A stretch of 64,000 nucleotides of DNA from Azolla caroliniana (GCA_043228905.1 JBHGNT010000022.1:1860001-1924000); one strand, 5' to 3'. Positions 23,573-35,753 are shown, counted from the stretch's first letter. Notes: generated by a model not told the origin, from the letters alone. Translations and numbers: made by a program.

Positions 23573-24717
23573 TCTTCATCTAATTGACTAAGAATTTCAA
23601 ATTTATTTGAGATACTTGGGCTATTAGTACTATGAATACTATCTGACACTCTATTAGTACTATTAATACTATCAGACACTCCAAAGGGAAGAATTGACTC
23701 GGGTTTAGTACAGGCGACGATTTGATTTACCTGTCTTCTTGGCCTATGGGGACAATTGATGGCGATATGTCCTGGTCCACCGCAATAAAGACATAATCGA
23801 TTGGCACGTTGTCGTTGCTTTTCTTCTTCCGATAACGGGCCGCGTCGACGCATGGTATCAATCTCCATCGGTGTCGAAGTATTTGCTTGAGGTGTGTCTC
23901 GTGCAAACGGTTTAGCCGCGACTGCGGCGTAGGTGGGCTCTGGCCTAGAGCGTGGTATCTGTAATTGACGTTCTGAACGCCGTTCAAAAAGGCGGTTGTC
24001 ACATCGAACTGCTCGACTGATTGCCTCCGTAAGAGACTTTGGTTCTTCGGGGAAAGTTAGAAGTAGATCTTTGACATCGTTTCGCAAGCCATAGCGAAAC
24101 TGCTCCATTAGTGCTTGATCATCCCAGGGTATATCTGAAGCAAGTAGGCGGAAATCCGCCGCGTAGGCAGAGGTTGGACGATCGCCTTGACGCAATCGCC
24201 GGATCTTGTTGATCGCCGTCCTGATGCTGTCGGTATCTCCAAAGCAGGCTTTAAACTCACCAATAAAATCTTCAAAGTTATTAAGTAAGGGTGATTGTTT
24301 TTCTAGAAGCGGAGCAAACCATGCCAAGGCTGAGCCGCTAAGTAGCGTGCCTATTAGGCCGACTCGAGATGCATCAGTGGGATATCGGGAAGGATGCATC
24401 TGGATGACTAAGCGTACCTGATTAAGGAATCCCCGGAATTGCGAACGCGTTCCATCAAATTTCACAGGAAGTCCAATCTTGGGCTCTTTATGAAATCCTT
24501 GGGGACTGGATCCTTGTTGTTGCAACGCTGCTTCGAGTTGTTGTACCCGTAACGCTAACTCCCCATGTTGTTGTTGCGTTTGTTGTTTTTCTAGAGCGAT
24601 TTGTTGCAGATCCCCTATCAGCCGTTGGTTTTCTTGATCCAGGGCAACAAACTTTTCTTTTAGGCACTGTAGCTCGGAGAAAACGGATTGGTATTCTTGG
24701 GCGCTAACAGTAGCCAT
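23560..24717 (-). CDS. gag: Gag of element F (385 aa)
   Basis: N-terminal coiled coil; PVKFDGTR capsid start; QGDRPTSAYAADF major-homology region; PMEID; CLYCGGPGHIAINC zinc knuckle. Confidence 0.95.
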   Translation of the reverse strand: MATVSAQEYQSVFSELQCLKEKFVALDQENQRLIGDLQQIALEKQQTQQQHGELALRVQQLEAALQQQGSSPQGFHKEPKIGLPVKFDGTRSQFRGFLNQVRLVIQMHPSRYPTDASRVGLIGTLLSGSALAWFAPLLEKQSPLLNNFEDFIGEFKACFGDTDSIRTAINKIRRLRQGDRPTSAYAADFRLLASDIPWDDQALMEQFRYGLRNDVKDLLLTFPEEPKSLTEAISRAVRCDNRLFERRSERQLQIPRSRPEPTYAAVAAKPFARDTPQANTSTPMEIDTMRRRGPLSEEEKQRQRANRLCLYCGGPGHIAINCPHRPRRQVNQIVACTKPESILPFGVSDSINSTNRVSDSIHSTNSPSISNKFEILSQLDEELND

Positions 24718-24774
24718 AGTATAGGGAAAAGGGTAGGAGGATGAGGGAGAGTGACAAGTAGGCTAGAGAGAAGA

Positions 24775-24786
24775 AAATTGGTTCAA
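24775..24786 (-). promoter_or_regulatory. Self-priming PBS of element F
   Basis: TTGAACCAATTT, 2 nt after the 5' LTR, is the exact complement of AAATTGGTTCAA (24998-24987) at the predicted transcript start; no TGG tRNA-type PBS. Confidence 0.8.
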
Positions 24787-27700
24787 ACTGTCAGGAATAG
24801 TACTAAAGCAGAGATGGAATTAGTACTAAGAAGAGTAGTACTATTAGTACTAAGAAGACAGGACTGCGTAAGATTCCCGAGAGAGAGGAAGTGAGAAGAG
24901 GAGAGAGAGAGAAATAGAATGATGACAGCAGCTCTTATATTATATGAAAGATAAGTACAAATCGGCTAAGAGGCTTAAGACTGGTGTTGAACCAATTTGG
25001 TTCAACATAATGCTTAGTGCCTTCTTTTATAGTGTTCTCAGGAATAATCCTGAAGCTTCTAGAATGTTCCAGAGAAATCTGGAATATACATTACTTTCTT
25101 ATAATAAAACATAAATGAAAATAATATTCTATGAATTACAATAGATGGTGAGATGGTTAAGAGCTCGACCCATATACCATAAGGTCATGGGTTCGAGTCT
25201 TGCCATCTCATGACAGAACCGGCCAAGAACCCGAATCGGATTCGGATGAAGATCAAATGGAGGAGCCGGTTACCGAAGCCCGAAGACGGAGATATCCTCT
25301 CAGAGAGAGAAGGGCGCCCCAAAGATTTCCGGATGCAGAGCATGTTCTGCTGACCGATGAGGAGGAGCCGGAAAGCTTCGAAGAAGCGAAGGATGACACC
25401 CACAGCCGCAAATGGTTAAGTTCCATGCAGGATGAGATGGATTCCCTGCATGAGAACCATACGTACGAATTGGTGGAGTTGCCGAAAGGAAAGCGGGCAC
25501 TCCGAAACAAGTGGGTGTACAAGTTGAAACCGGGAGATGCCGGCAACCCCCCGACATACAAAGCCACGATCATGGTGAAGGGGTTCCAGCAGAAAAAGGG
25601 CGTGGACTTTGACGAGATATTTGCCCCGGTAGTAAAGATGACCTCCATCCGGACGGTGCTAAGTATAGCGGCAAGCATGGACCTCGAGGTAGAGCAGCTA
25701 GACGTGAAGACGGCATTCCTTCACGGTGACCTCGAAGAAGAGATCTACATGCAGCAACCGGAAGGATTCGTGGAGAAAGGGAAGGAGCACCTGGTTTGCC
25801 GGTTGAAGAAGAGCCTCTACGGGTTGAAGCAGGCCCCCCGGCAATGGTACAGGAAGTTCGACTCCTTCATGACCGATCAAGGGTACCACAAGACGCAGGA
25901 CGATCACTGCGTGTTTCTGAAGAAGTTTGAAGGAGGCGACTTCCTGATACTCCTTTACTCCTTTTGTACGTGGACGACATGTTGATCGTCGGACGGGACC
26001 AAGTCAAAATACGGATGCTGAAGAAGCCCCTCAACCGGACCTTCGCAATGAAAGACTTGGGTCCGGCATGACAGATGTTGGGGATGCATATTATCCGGAA
26101 CCGGTCAGCGAAGAAATTATGGTTGTCACAGGAGAAGTACGTGACAAAGGTGCTTCACCAGTTCAACATGTCAGATGTGAAACCGGTCGGATCGACACTT
26201 CCAGCAAACTGCAGGCTATCCGGTAAGCAAAGCCCGAAAACGAAAGCAGAGAAAGCGGATATGATGAAGATTCCATTTGCCTCTGTTGTCGGGAGCTTAA
26301 TGTACGCAATGGTTTGTACCCGACCGGATATAGGATACGCAGTCGGAGTGGTGAGCCGGTTCATGAGCAATCCCGGCAAGGAACACTGGAACGCGGTCAA
26401 ATGGATACTCCGGTATTTGAAGGGCACTTCAAATATGTGTCTCCGATTCGGCTCCGGAAAACCTCAACTGGACGGTTTCACCGATTCGGACATGTCGGCT
26501 GATGTGTATACCAACCGATCTACATCCGGGTATGTAATGACATATGCAGGGGGAGTTGTTTCGTGGCAATCAAGGCTGGAGAAGACGGTTGCATTGTCAA
26601 CCACGGAGGCGGAGTACATGGCGGTTGTGGAAGCCGACAAGGAAATATTATGGATGAAGGACTTAATCGGAGAGCTCGGTATCCAGCAAGATGAATACCG
26701 ACTCTATTGCGACAGTCAAAGTGCCATCCACCTTGCTAAGAATGCGGCCTATCATTCCCGGATGAAGCATATCCAGCGAAGATATCACTGGATCCGGGAA
26801 AGAGTAGATGACCAGGAGTTCGCACTGACGAAGATCCACACGGCCGAGAACGGGTCAGACATGCTGACCAAAGTGTTGATACCCGACAAGCTGGATGCAT
26901 GCCGGAAGAGGATCGGACTAGTAAGACACCCCATGCCGGTGTGAAGGAGGAGTTTGTTGGGAGACAAGTCCCTCCGGATGGGATAGGAGAAGAACAGACC
27001 CGGTGAAGACCGGATGAGGAGTACCCGGCTACGGAGAGCCGGATGGTGGAGACCCGGTGAGAACCAGATGAGGAGTACCCGGCTACGGAGAGCCGGATGG
27101 TGCAGACCCGGTGAGAACCAGATTAGGAGTACCCGATTACGGAGAGCCAGATGGTGTAGACCCGATGAGAAATGCTCACTGGATGAAGAGACATATTCGT
27201 AAATATGTTTCTGAGAGTCCATCAAGGCTATATTTGTAAATAGCCGAAAAGTCATATTAGTATAAATATGACTTAGGGCAAACTTTTAGCATAGTGTAGT
27301 TGTTGTTGTCATTCTTGTTGGTGCAAGGAAAGAGAGAGAGCGCGTAACTGTGTACAAAGAGAGAGAGAGAGAGAGAGAAAGAGGTTGTTGCCTCTGTTGT
27401 AACCGCCGCCTGTGGTGAAGATCGTGAGCACGAGGTCGTTGCCTCCGTGAACTCACTGTTGTACATACTAACATAGTGATAGTTTGCAGCCTGTGGGCTG
27501 CCGTAGTTTTTCCCCTAGTTTGGGGTTTTCCACGTTAAACATCCTGTGTACACCTCTCTTCTTTATGTTGTGTTTTATTTCCCGTTTTCTGTGTATGATT
27601 CTAAGCTCGATTGTGGCCGAGCGTTGCGCATAAGGAGCGTTTAGTTCCCGTCAGTTTCCGTCTCTGGCTCCATTGCCGTTGTTGTCTCCATCTATTGGCG

Positions 27701-30700
27701 TTGGATGACTTCTCTATTGTCGTCAACGGCCTTGTTGGCCAAGGTTCATTGCTTGGCTGCTCTATTCGGTCTTCATACGGATGACGTTAGATTGCCGTTG
27801 TGGCCGTTGTTGTCCGGCCATTGAGGCTCTCTAGCTCGTATGTCCAACCGTTTTCGTCTCCCCTCTCTATGTCCGCTTGTTCGGTTACTTTTTCGTTGTT
27901 GTCTGGCCGTCGATTCGGCTATTTCTATCATCGGCTCGTTAGGTCGTCTCTGTCCAGCCGTTATGTGTCTTTGTGCATACCGGAAATCGATCCAGCCACT
28001 ATTCGGCGGTTGCCGTTGTACGACCGCCGCTCCATCCGATCACTATCTCTATCCGACCCGGTGGCTGTTGGTCGGCCACCACTCTAGCCATTGGTATGTG
28101 GCCACCACCGTCCAATCGTCATCCCGGCTCCATCACCGTTCCGACTATTCGGCCCATTGCGGTCGTTGTTTGGCAGTTCTTTGTCCAGCCCATCTAGCCA
28201 CTTCTGTTCCGGTGACGGTCAGCCACTACAACCACTCTTTGGTCGCTCTCCGGCCTCTCCTCTGTCGATGTCGCTGGTCTAGCCATCGAGCTTTTTTAGT
28301 ACGGCTCGTTGTTCCAATCGGTTCCGGCAATCGGTTCGGCTGTTGTCCAATTGCTCCCATCTTTGCTCATTTCCTGCACACGCACATTACTAGTTCTCAT
28401 ACACTCGCACATCTGTATCGTCGTGTCTCATTTTGTGATTTACGCTAGCACATTGTGATCACCATTTTCCGCACATGGTCGATCCGATTTCTTGTACACT
28501 CCTTCACTGCATTCCTTCATTGACTTCTTTGCGGACATCGTCATCGCATATCATGCTTCAACTTTGTCTTGCACTTTGCCACCATCATTTGTCGCTAACC
28601 ACACACTCGCACATCGTCATCGTTTCTAACCGCTTAGTCACTATGTCTTGCATCGACGCGTATCATCCTTTGACTCCGTCTCCAAAGGGGGGTCGCCTTA
28701 GTGGTCGTCAAAAGGTGTTATAGGTTTTAGGGTTAGGGTTAAGGACGATGATAATCATGATAAAGATAGACATGGTGGTTATGATGATGATGGAGAGTAT
28801 GGGACTGATGGCGAGAGAGATCATGTGCATTGAGAAGCATTGCGGGGTGGGGGGTGGTGCCTAGAATGGCTCCACCCCCTCCCAAGGGGGTTCAACGTTA
28901 AGGGGAGAGAAGAAGAGAGATGACAAAGAGAGAGAGAGAGAGAGAGAGAAAATGGTTATATGTTTCATTTATTCCCCATAAGGGGTTAAATAGTACAAGA
29001 GGGGGGGTAGATACAAAGGGGTGTAAGCCCCCTAGAGCATTCACACTGGACACTCACTCACACCTCCTCATATCCATCCACATGCACACACGTGTGCATG
29101 TGTTCACATACGTATAGACTCACAATTACATTTATGCCCCCTACACACACACAACAATCATCATGATAACATTTGACCCTCGCTCATCACATTGACTCTC
29201 CGTACATCTCGTACGGGGTAACAGAAACGGCTGATTCTTTCGACCACTCGCTCAACCGCTTGTTGCGTCGACTCTCGTCTTGTTGTTGCTCATCCAAACT
29301 CCCTCACCACTTCAACAAAAAGTTGCGCAAACTCATCTTCTTCCAACTCCATTCTCCCTTGCCACCCTTTCACATCGGGTTCACCAAATTATGTCGCGTT
29401 GTTACGCGCGTGTGTGTGGAAGGGGCGGGACCACGGGGATCCCGGACGAGGGAGAAAGGGAGTTCAGGAAATCGACTCTGGACACGTACCAGAGGCTATC
29501 GAACACGAAAGAGAGAGAGAAAGATTGCGCGCAACACCGACTCTTATGTGCAAAAACCAAAAAGGGTGGAAACACCCGACACCATCAGAGACGCAAAAGT
29601 GCACAGCCAAACAGATATATATATTACAAGAGAAGATTACAACCCCGGCTCCGAGCCGGACCAAGGTAGGTTACAGCCGCAGTCAGCTGCCAAGCCGCCG
29701 GTCGGGGAGCTCACGGCTGTTGCGCCGAGCGGGGTCTTGCACAGGAGACCTAGCAGAAGCAAACCTACAAAAGGGGAAAGATACGACCGCGGCCACGAGT
29801 CGGCTACGCACAGAAGAAGAGAAGTTAACCTAATAGTTTTGCCGCCATAGCTCCCACCCGACTTCTCGAGAAGGAGAAGAAGAAGAAAGAGAAAAAAAGA
29901 ATGTAGCTAACCCTATAAAAGAAAGCACAAAAATGGTATATACCCTTACAACTCAAAATGGGCAACCCCTTCACAAAGCGCGCTCCCTCCCTTTTAGAGA
30001 ACAAGGAGAGGGAGCGTAACAATGTGGGATAAACACCTTTTTACATGGGATCCTCTGTCCCCGATTTAACTCCTATTATTCACACGTTTTTACAAGGGTA
30101 GGTGCACATGGTGCACTCCGCCGATTCTTCCGATATCCCAGTTTCTCACTATGGCCCGGAATCTTCACGACAGCATCTTGGGCCTACAAGATGCACCAGT
30201 ACCTGCTTGGGCACGGTTACTGGAGCTATGTCGACGGAGCAAATGACACAGCACTTGAATCGACACACAGAGACTTCTCGGTGTGGGAACAGTCGGCGGG
30301 TAGAGTACTGTACTGCTTCGGGTCTTGTGTGGGCGAACAGCTTCTGAGTTATATTTGGGATGCGAAAATGCCAAAGGATGCTTGGGGAAATCTGAAGAAG
30401 ATTTTCGTCGCAAGCACCATGGCCAAGAAGTTGCAGCTTAGGTAGTAGCTTAGCAATGTCCGACAGAAAAATCTGTTTGTGGCCGATTACACAACCCGAA
30501 TCAAGGAAATTTGTGACCTACTCGCCTCCGTCACTGTGAACGTCGAGGAGGATGAGATGGTGCAAGTGTGCCTTGGTGGGCTAGTGACCAGGTTCAGAGC
30601 ATTCCGAACAGTGGTCTATACGAGGGAGAATACGTCGTCATTTTTCGACTTACAGTCGATGCTCCTTGTAAGGAGAACCACGCCGGTGCGTCAACAAGTG

Positions 30701-30901
30701 CACCCACCGACAGTCGGATGTTGTACATAGAGGCGGATCGGCCCCGTGGGTGTGGTGGACTAGGCGTGTCGGCTCGCAATGGTAGCGGCCGGCAAGAGTA
30801 GGACCAAAGGCACAGAGAACGTGCCGATAGCACTTCCGGACCCTCCACAAGCAGGGGGAGTCGAGGCGGCGCCAGAGGCCGGCAAGCAAAGGCCGACACA
30901 G

Positions 30902-31908
30902 TGTCGTGAAGATCCGTCACTACGCGCGGATCGTGAGGCAGAACCTTCGGGGTTCTGGACCAGAAGGATTTAGAGTCGATACAAGCTTTGGCGAGAAAGT
31001 ACTTAAGATAGATTGGGAAAGAGAGAAGATGAGATTACACGATTGATTTGATAACGAAATTCTTCTTCTTAATTTTCATAAAAAAAAACCGTGTTTTTCT
31101 CCTCCCCCTTCCCTCTTTTATAGATGCTCTCATGCACATGATGCATGTGAGGGTACAAGACATGCATAAATTGCATGTTTGCCATTTGGCGCTTAAGTAT
31201 TACATGTGGTGCATGCTAACCATGTCACTCATTTTAGCACTCATGGATGAGAATTTACATGTAAAAGTACAATGATAGAAATATAATTTCAACTAAATAC
31301 TATGGCTTAATGGTAAGCCATTTGACTCCTAACTTGGAGGTGCAAGGTTTGAATCCATACTTGCCCTCCTTGTATATGTAAATATGTATATGTTTTTATA
31401 TATTTATTTTATCTAGTCGCCGGTTCGCAGGATACCGTCGCCGGATGCCGCCGCCGGATACCGACGTCGGATACCGGTGCCGCCGCCGGATACCGGTCGG
31501 ATGCCGTCGGATCACCGACTCCATCGCCGGTCCGGGTTTGGTTGGCCAAAACCCTTTTCGAGTAGCTAGCCACCTCCACTCTAAGTTCAAGTTACCTTGA
31601 ACTCTCTATGCTCCACACATAGACACAAAGATAATATCTTTTGCTCCACCTTATATATGATGAGAGCCGTATTTGTCGTGCCTATGTGGGATATCTCACA
31701 ATTTTCTCTTTTCTTTTCACAACTTTATACCCTCATATCTTGACATTTAGTTGTCCATTTCTCGTGTAATAAAGTGCATTCGAAACCTCCATCATTTTGT
31801 ACTTAGATATTAAAAATGTTATCTTCACAATTATTGTATTACATGATTCATACTCGATTTTGTACGTTTTATGGGATTTTCACACTATTGCCGAAAATCT
31901 TCACGACA
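30902..31908 (-). mobile_element. Solo LTR (1007 bp) related to element D, inserted in copia B gag
   Basis: 12-bp inverted termini TGTCGTGAAGAT/ATCTTCACGACA; 4-bp TSD ACAG/ACGG; right end resembles the D LTR end; CCGGATRCCG micro-repeats at 31420-31530. Confidence 0.85.
31296..31367 (+). ncRNA. tRNA-like Pol III A/B-box module within the solo LTR
   Basis: A box TGGCTTAATGG with D-stem GGCTT/AAGCC; anticodon-loop-like CTCCTAA; B box GGTTTGAATCC (one CpG-type change from GGTTCGAATCC); spacing 45 nt. Confidence 0.65.
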
Positions 31909-34900
31909 ACGGAATGTTGGTACTATGGTAAAAAGGGCCACAGAGAAAGTGAGTGTTGGAAGAAGCGCGTTGATTCAGATAGATCCGGATCCGACAAGGC
32001 CGGTAGAGAGAACTGGCAATACTCGCACTACGTAGAAGGATCGCAAGGATCCAAAACTGGAAAAGTTGGTAAAGGGCCAGCCTTGGTGATGAAACACAAG
32101 GCTAACTCGATGAAGAAGACCACTTCCAAATCGGGGGAAGTGTGGTACGTTGATTCCGGTGCATCGAATCACATGACGAGCCACAAAGAGTGGTTCTCCT
32201 TCTTGGAGAAACCGGAACAACAAGGAGTCGTCGAAACCGGAGATGACACTCCTCACCCAATCGTGCATGTCGGAGAAGTCCCTTTGAGCCACGTCGGACA
32301 GAGGGGGAAGCTAATGAACATATTACACGTACCGACCATCATGAAGAACCTCATGTCGGTTGGACAGATTGTCGACCAGGGAATGCAGGTGCGGTTTACA
32401 CACCTTGGGTGCTTCATCGAGGAAAAGGGCCAGATTATCGCGCAAGGGCGTACAGATGGGAGGATGTTCATCCTCGACACCAATGACGTCAGCACCGCTT
32501 TGTTCGCCAAAGGAAAGAAGGTCGAATCGGACATCGACCTGTGGCACAAGCGGATCGGCCACGTCAATTACCGGAGGCTTCAAGACCTGTAGACGAAACA
32601 AGTTGTTTTCGGTTTGCCAAAGTTCAGTGGCTGGAAGGCCCAAATATTTGAAGCCTACCAGCTAGGGAAGCAACATCGGCTTCCACTCCCAATCGAACGA
32701 AACCGTAGCCGTAACAAGCTCAACCTTATTCATTCAGATGTATAGGGACCGGCACAGAACATTAGTCTTGGCAGGAGACGGTATTTCCTCTCCTTCATCG
32801 ACGACTACATCTGGCAAACATAGATCTACCTCATTGAGCGGAAGAGCGAAGTCTTCGAGTGTTTCCAGAACCTGCAAAGCCTGGTTAAACGGGAAACGGA
32901 GAGGAAGATCAAGTGCATGCGGTCAGATGGCGGAAAAGAATATTTTTCCGGCCAATTCAACAGTTATCTACAGCAAAAAGGAATTCGGAGAGAGTTCAGC
33001 TGCAGATACACACCGGAGATAAACGGTGTGGCCGAGAGGAAGAACCGGTCAATTGTCGACACGGCAAGGGCAATGCTGGAATAGAAGAGCATGCCCCATT
33101 TCTACTAGGCGGAGGCGGTCCGGACGGCCGTCTACATCCAAAACCAAATCGGTGACAAGGTGTCAGCGCATGAGCTATATTTCGGGTGCAAGCCGAATTT
33201 GCGACACCTTCGGATATTTGGTAGCATTGCATATGTGCATGTGCTAGATGAGAAGCGGAGGAAGTTGGATGCAAAGTCGGAGAAATGCATCCTGGTCAGT
33301 TACTCGCATGAGCAAAAGGGGTATAAGTGTTATAACCCCCGGACGAAGCAGGCCCAAGTTAGCCGGGATGTTGAGTTTGATGAGACGGCATCATGGTATG
33401 CCTTACCGGCTTCGACTTCCGACCCCAACCCGATACCGGAGGATGAGGCTAGTGAGCCTGAACCGGCCTAGATAGAAGATGAGGAACTCGGCACTCTACC
33501 ATGGAGCACCTTCTGTGCGCACATCGAATTTTGCGATATGTGAGCGGCACGAAGGACCAGGATTGTTATACCGGCATCGTATAACCGAAGAGCTAGTCGG
33601 CTACACCGATGCTTATTGGGCCAGCGATGCATCAGATCGCCGATCTACCTCCGGCTATATGTTTTCCCTTGGTAGCGCGGCTGTTGCGTGGAGTAGCAAA
33701 AAGCAACCAAAAGTGGCCCTCTTGAGCACTGAGGCTGAATACCAAGGTACTATCGTTGCCACCTGTGAAGCCATTTGGCTTAGGCGACTGTTACAAGCCC
33801 TGCGGATTGAGGTACCGACCCCGATCCTGATCTACTACGACAACAAAAGCAGCATCCAGCTCGCCAAGAACCTCGTATTCCATGCTCGCACAAAGCACAT
33901 AGAAGTACACTACCACTTCGTGCGTGAGCGTGTCCTGAGCGGTGAAGTCGAACTTCGGTATGTTCATACGGATCGGCAAGTTGCCGAAATCTTCACTAAA
34001 CTGCTCAGATCGAACAATTTGCATCAGTTCACTGAAATGCTTGGTGTTCAGCATCTCGACGTGCCACACTTGAGGGGGAGAACGGGCAAACGCAAAGAAA
34101 TTGCCGATTGCGCCGGTGAGGGAAGAACCGACAAAGGGGGAGACAAGAAGAAGAAAGGAGTTGAGTCGACAAAGGAAGTTGGCACATCCGAACAAGTCCG
34201 AACAAGTGGCAGCAGCGGTAGAGTCAAGAAAGACAGAGCCGACCGGAAGAAGAAGGCCAAGACCCAGACATGGTCTGATGTGGTGAAGGGCCTAGAACCG
34301 AAAGACGAATTGGGAGCAACCGATTCGGACAAGAGTTGGAATGAATCGGAGACAGCCGATTCGGTTCAATAGACGGATTCGGAAGGACCGAATCAATTCA
34401 AGGCCAAGAGGACGAGATGGCAGCAAAAGTTGACGCCAACACGAAGGAATCGGCGGGTCGACAAGTGTCGAAGTCACAGCAGTGAGGGAGCTGATTTGGG
34501 CCTGTTGAGCAGACAAGCCGACCGAGGAGGTCGAGATGCACAGAAACAGAAGGGTCGCGGCAAACGGGACCGGATCGGATGAGGAGCGCGAGCAAGGCGG
34601 AGTGACGCTAGAAGGAGTCAGGTGGAAGGACCGACTACCATGGAGACTGACGCTACAATCCGACCTCAAGTTGAGCTTGAGGAGGAGTGTTGAGCGGCAA
34701 GCTCATTTGGATCCGGATCAGCTGAATAAGCCTAAGCCGGATCGGCATCCGAAAGGATGAGCCGGATCGGTGAGCCGGTGAGCTGGGGAGCCGGTTAGCT
34801 GGATCAAGTAGTAACCGGAAGCCAAGTAGCAGCTAGTCTATTAGGGAGTTAATATCTCGTAGTTAGTGTCAGATGCTCATGTGAGCATTGAAGTACACCG

Positions 34901-35753
34901 TACTTCTTTCAGTCCGTATGGACTTGTATAAAAGTGTTCATTGAACACATACGATGTGCAGACTGAGTAATATTTTGAATTGAGTTTTCTGTGTGCTCTC
35001 TCTCTCTCTCCCGCGTACTGTGTATACTCTAAGCTCTCCATTAAACCTGTGTTTCGGTTTTCAGTTTTCCATTGCTTCCGCACACTATTCTTTCACACTT
35101 TCTTTCAATTCACAACTAGATTGGGTCGCCATATTCTAGTTGCTCAAACCGCTCAAGAGTCGGCTGCTACAAAGGTTTGGCACACATATCATGTTCCTCA
35201 CACAATTATCACCAAGTTTTGGAAAAAAAATCTTGAAACAACACGCACGACGAATCGCCACCTTCCAATGGCTATTAATACATAGGTCACTACCGATTGG
35301 TGCATGGCATCGTGGGAACCTTAGCTCTCCTAATTGTGTAGCGTGCCCAAATGCAATAGAATCAATCCGACACGCTTTGTGGGATTGCCCAGCGTCCCAT
35401 CGAATATGGCAGGGGGTTGGCCGCTTATTGCAATTATGCCAGGTGCAAGGCTTAATTAAGTGGGGAAATAATATGTTGGTTATCATGGCAGGCCCCAATT
35501 GACAAATACAAGCATCAGGAGGACGGGATGGTTTTGGTGATAAAAGCACAAGAGGTTTTTTTCTCCACCATCGACAATGTACACTCAACTCCTATCAATG
35601 CCAAATCTCAAGTTGTGTTGGAATTGGCCAACCCAATAACTCTTTGGACTCTATGAAAAGAACGGTGTAGACAGGTCTCCTCCAACCAAACCGCGCAGCC
35701 AATAGTGTTAATGCAAGAGATATGGATTGAAGTTGTAGCCACTCTTAAAAACC

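Larger units (their letters stand above)
19553..25215 (-). mobile_element. Intact chromovirus (Tcn1-like Ty3/gypsy) element F
   Basis: 427-bp LTRs 19553-19979 and 24789-25215 appear identical by eye; TSD GAACC; PPT 19980-19992; uninterrupted gag and pol. Confidence 0.97.
18191..27653 (+). mobile_element. Ty1/copia element G2 (same family as G1) with a gag-to-INT deletion near 19030; hosts element F
   Basis: LTRs 18191-18731 and 26955-27653; TSD GTTTC; iMet PBS 18734-18745; RT and RNase H fragments 25216-26944. Confidence 0.95.
3385..30172 (-). mobile_element. Gypsy-like non-chromovirus element D, non-autonomous (gag remnant only), tRNA-Trp PBS, 4-bp TSD
   Basis: LTRs 3385-4119 and 29392-30172; PBS TGGTGAACCCGATGTG (29371-29386, minus) matches the 3' end of plant tRNA-Trp; purine-rich PPT at ~4120-4136; TSD GTGT/GCAT, both one step from the GCGT seen in uninterrupted copia C gag; no RT or INT in its own sequence. 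Confidence 0.85.
2853..35097 (+). mobile_element. Ty1/copia element B, degenerate; hosts gypsy D and a solo LTR
   Basis: LTRs 2853-3239 and 34688-35097; TSD CTTTC (2848-2852/35098-35102); tRNA-iMet PBS TGGTATCAGAGC 3240-3251; gag MDRGMASSLPTEKLDRSNY (3324) resumes as ASWAYKMHQY at 30173; zinc knuckle, protease WYVDSGASNHM, integrase and RNase H remnants 31909-34372; most of RT deleted. Confidence 0.93.

Noticed and set aside
28720-28745. Telomere or interstitial telomeric array
   Set aside because: Only about 3 imperfect units inside TE-derived DNA
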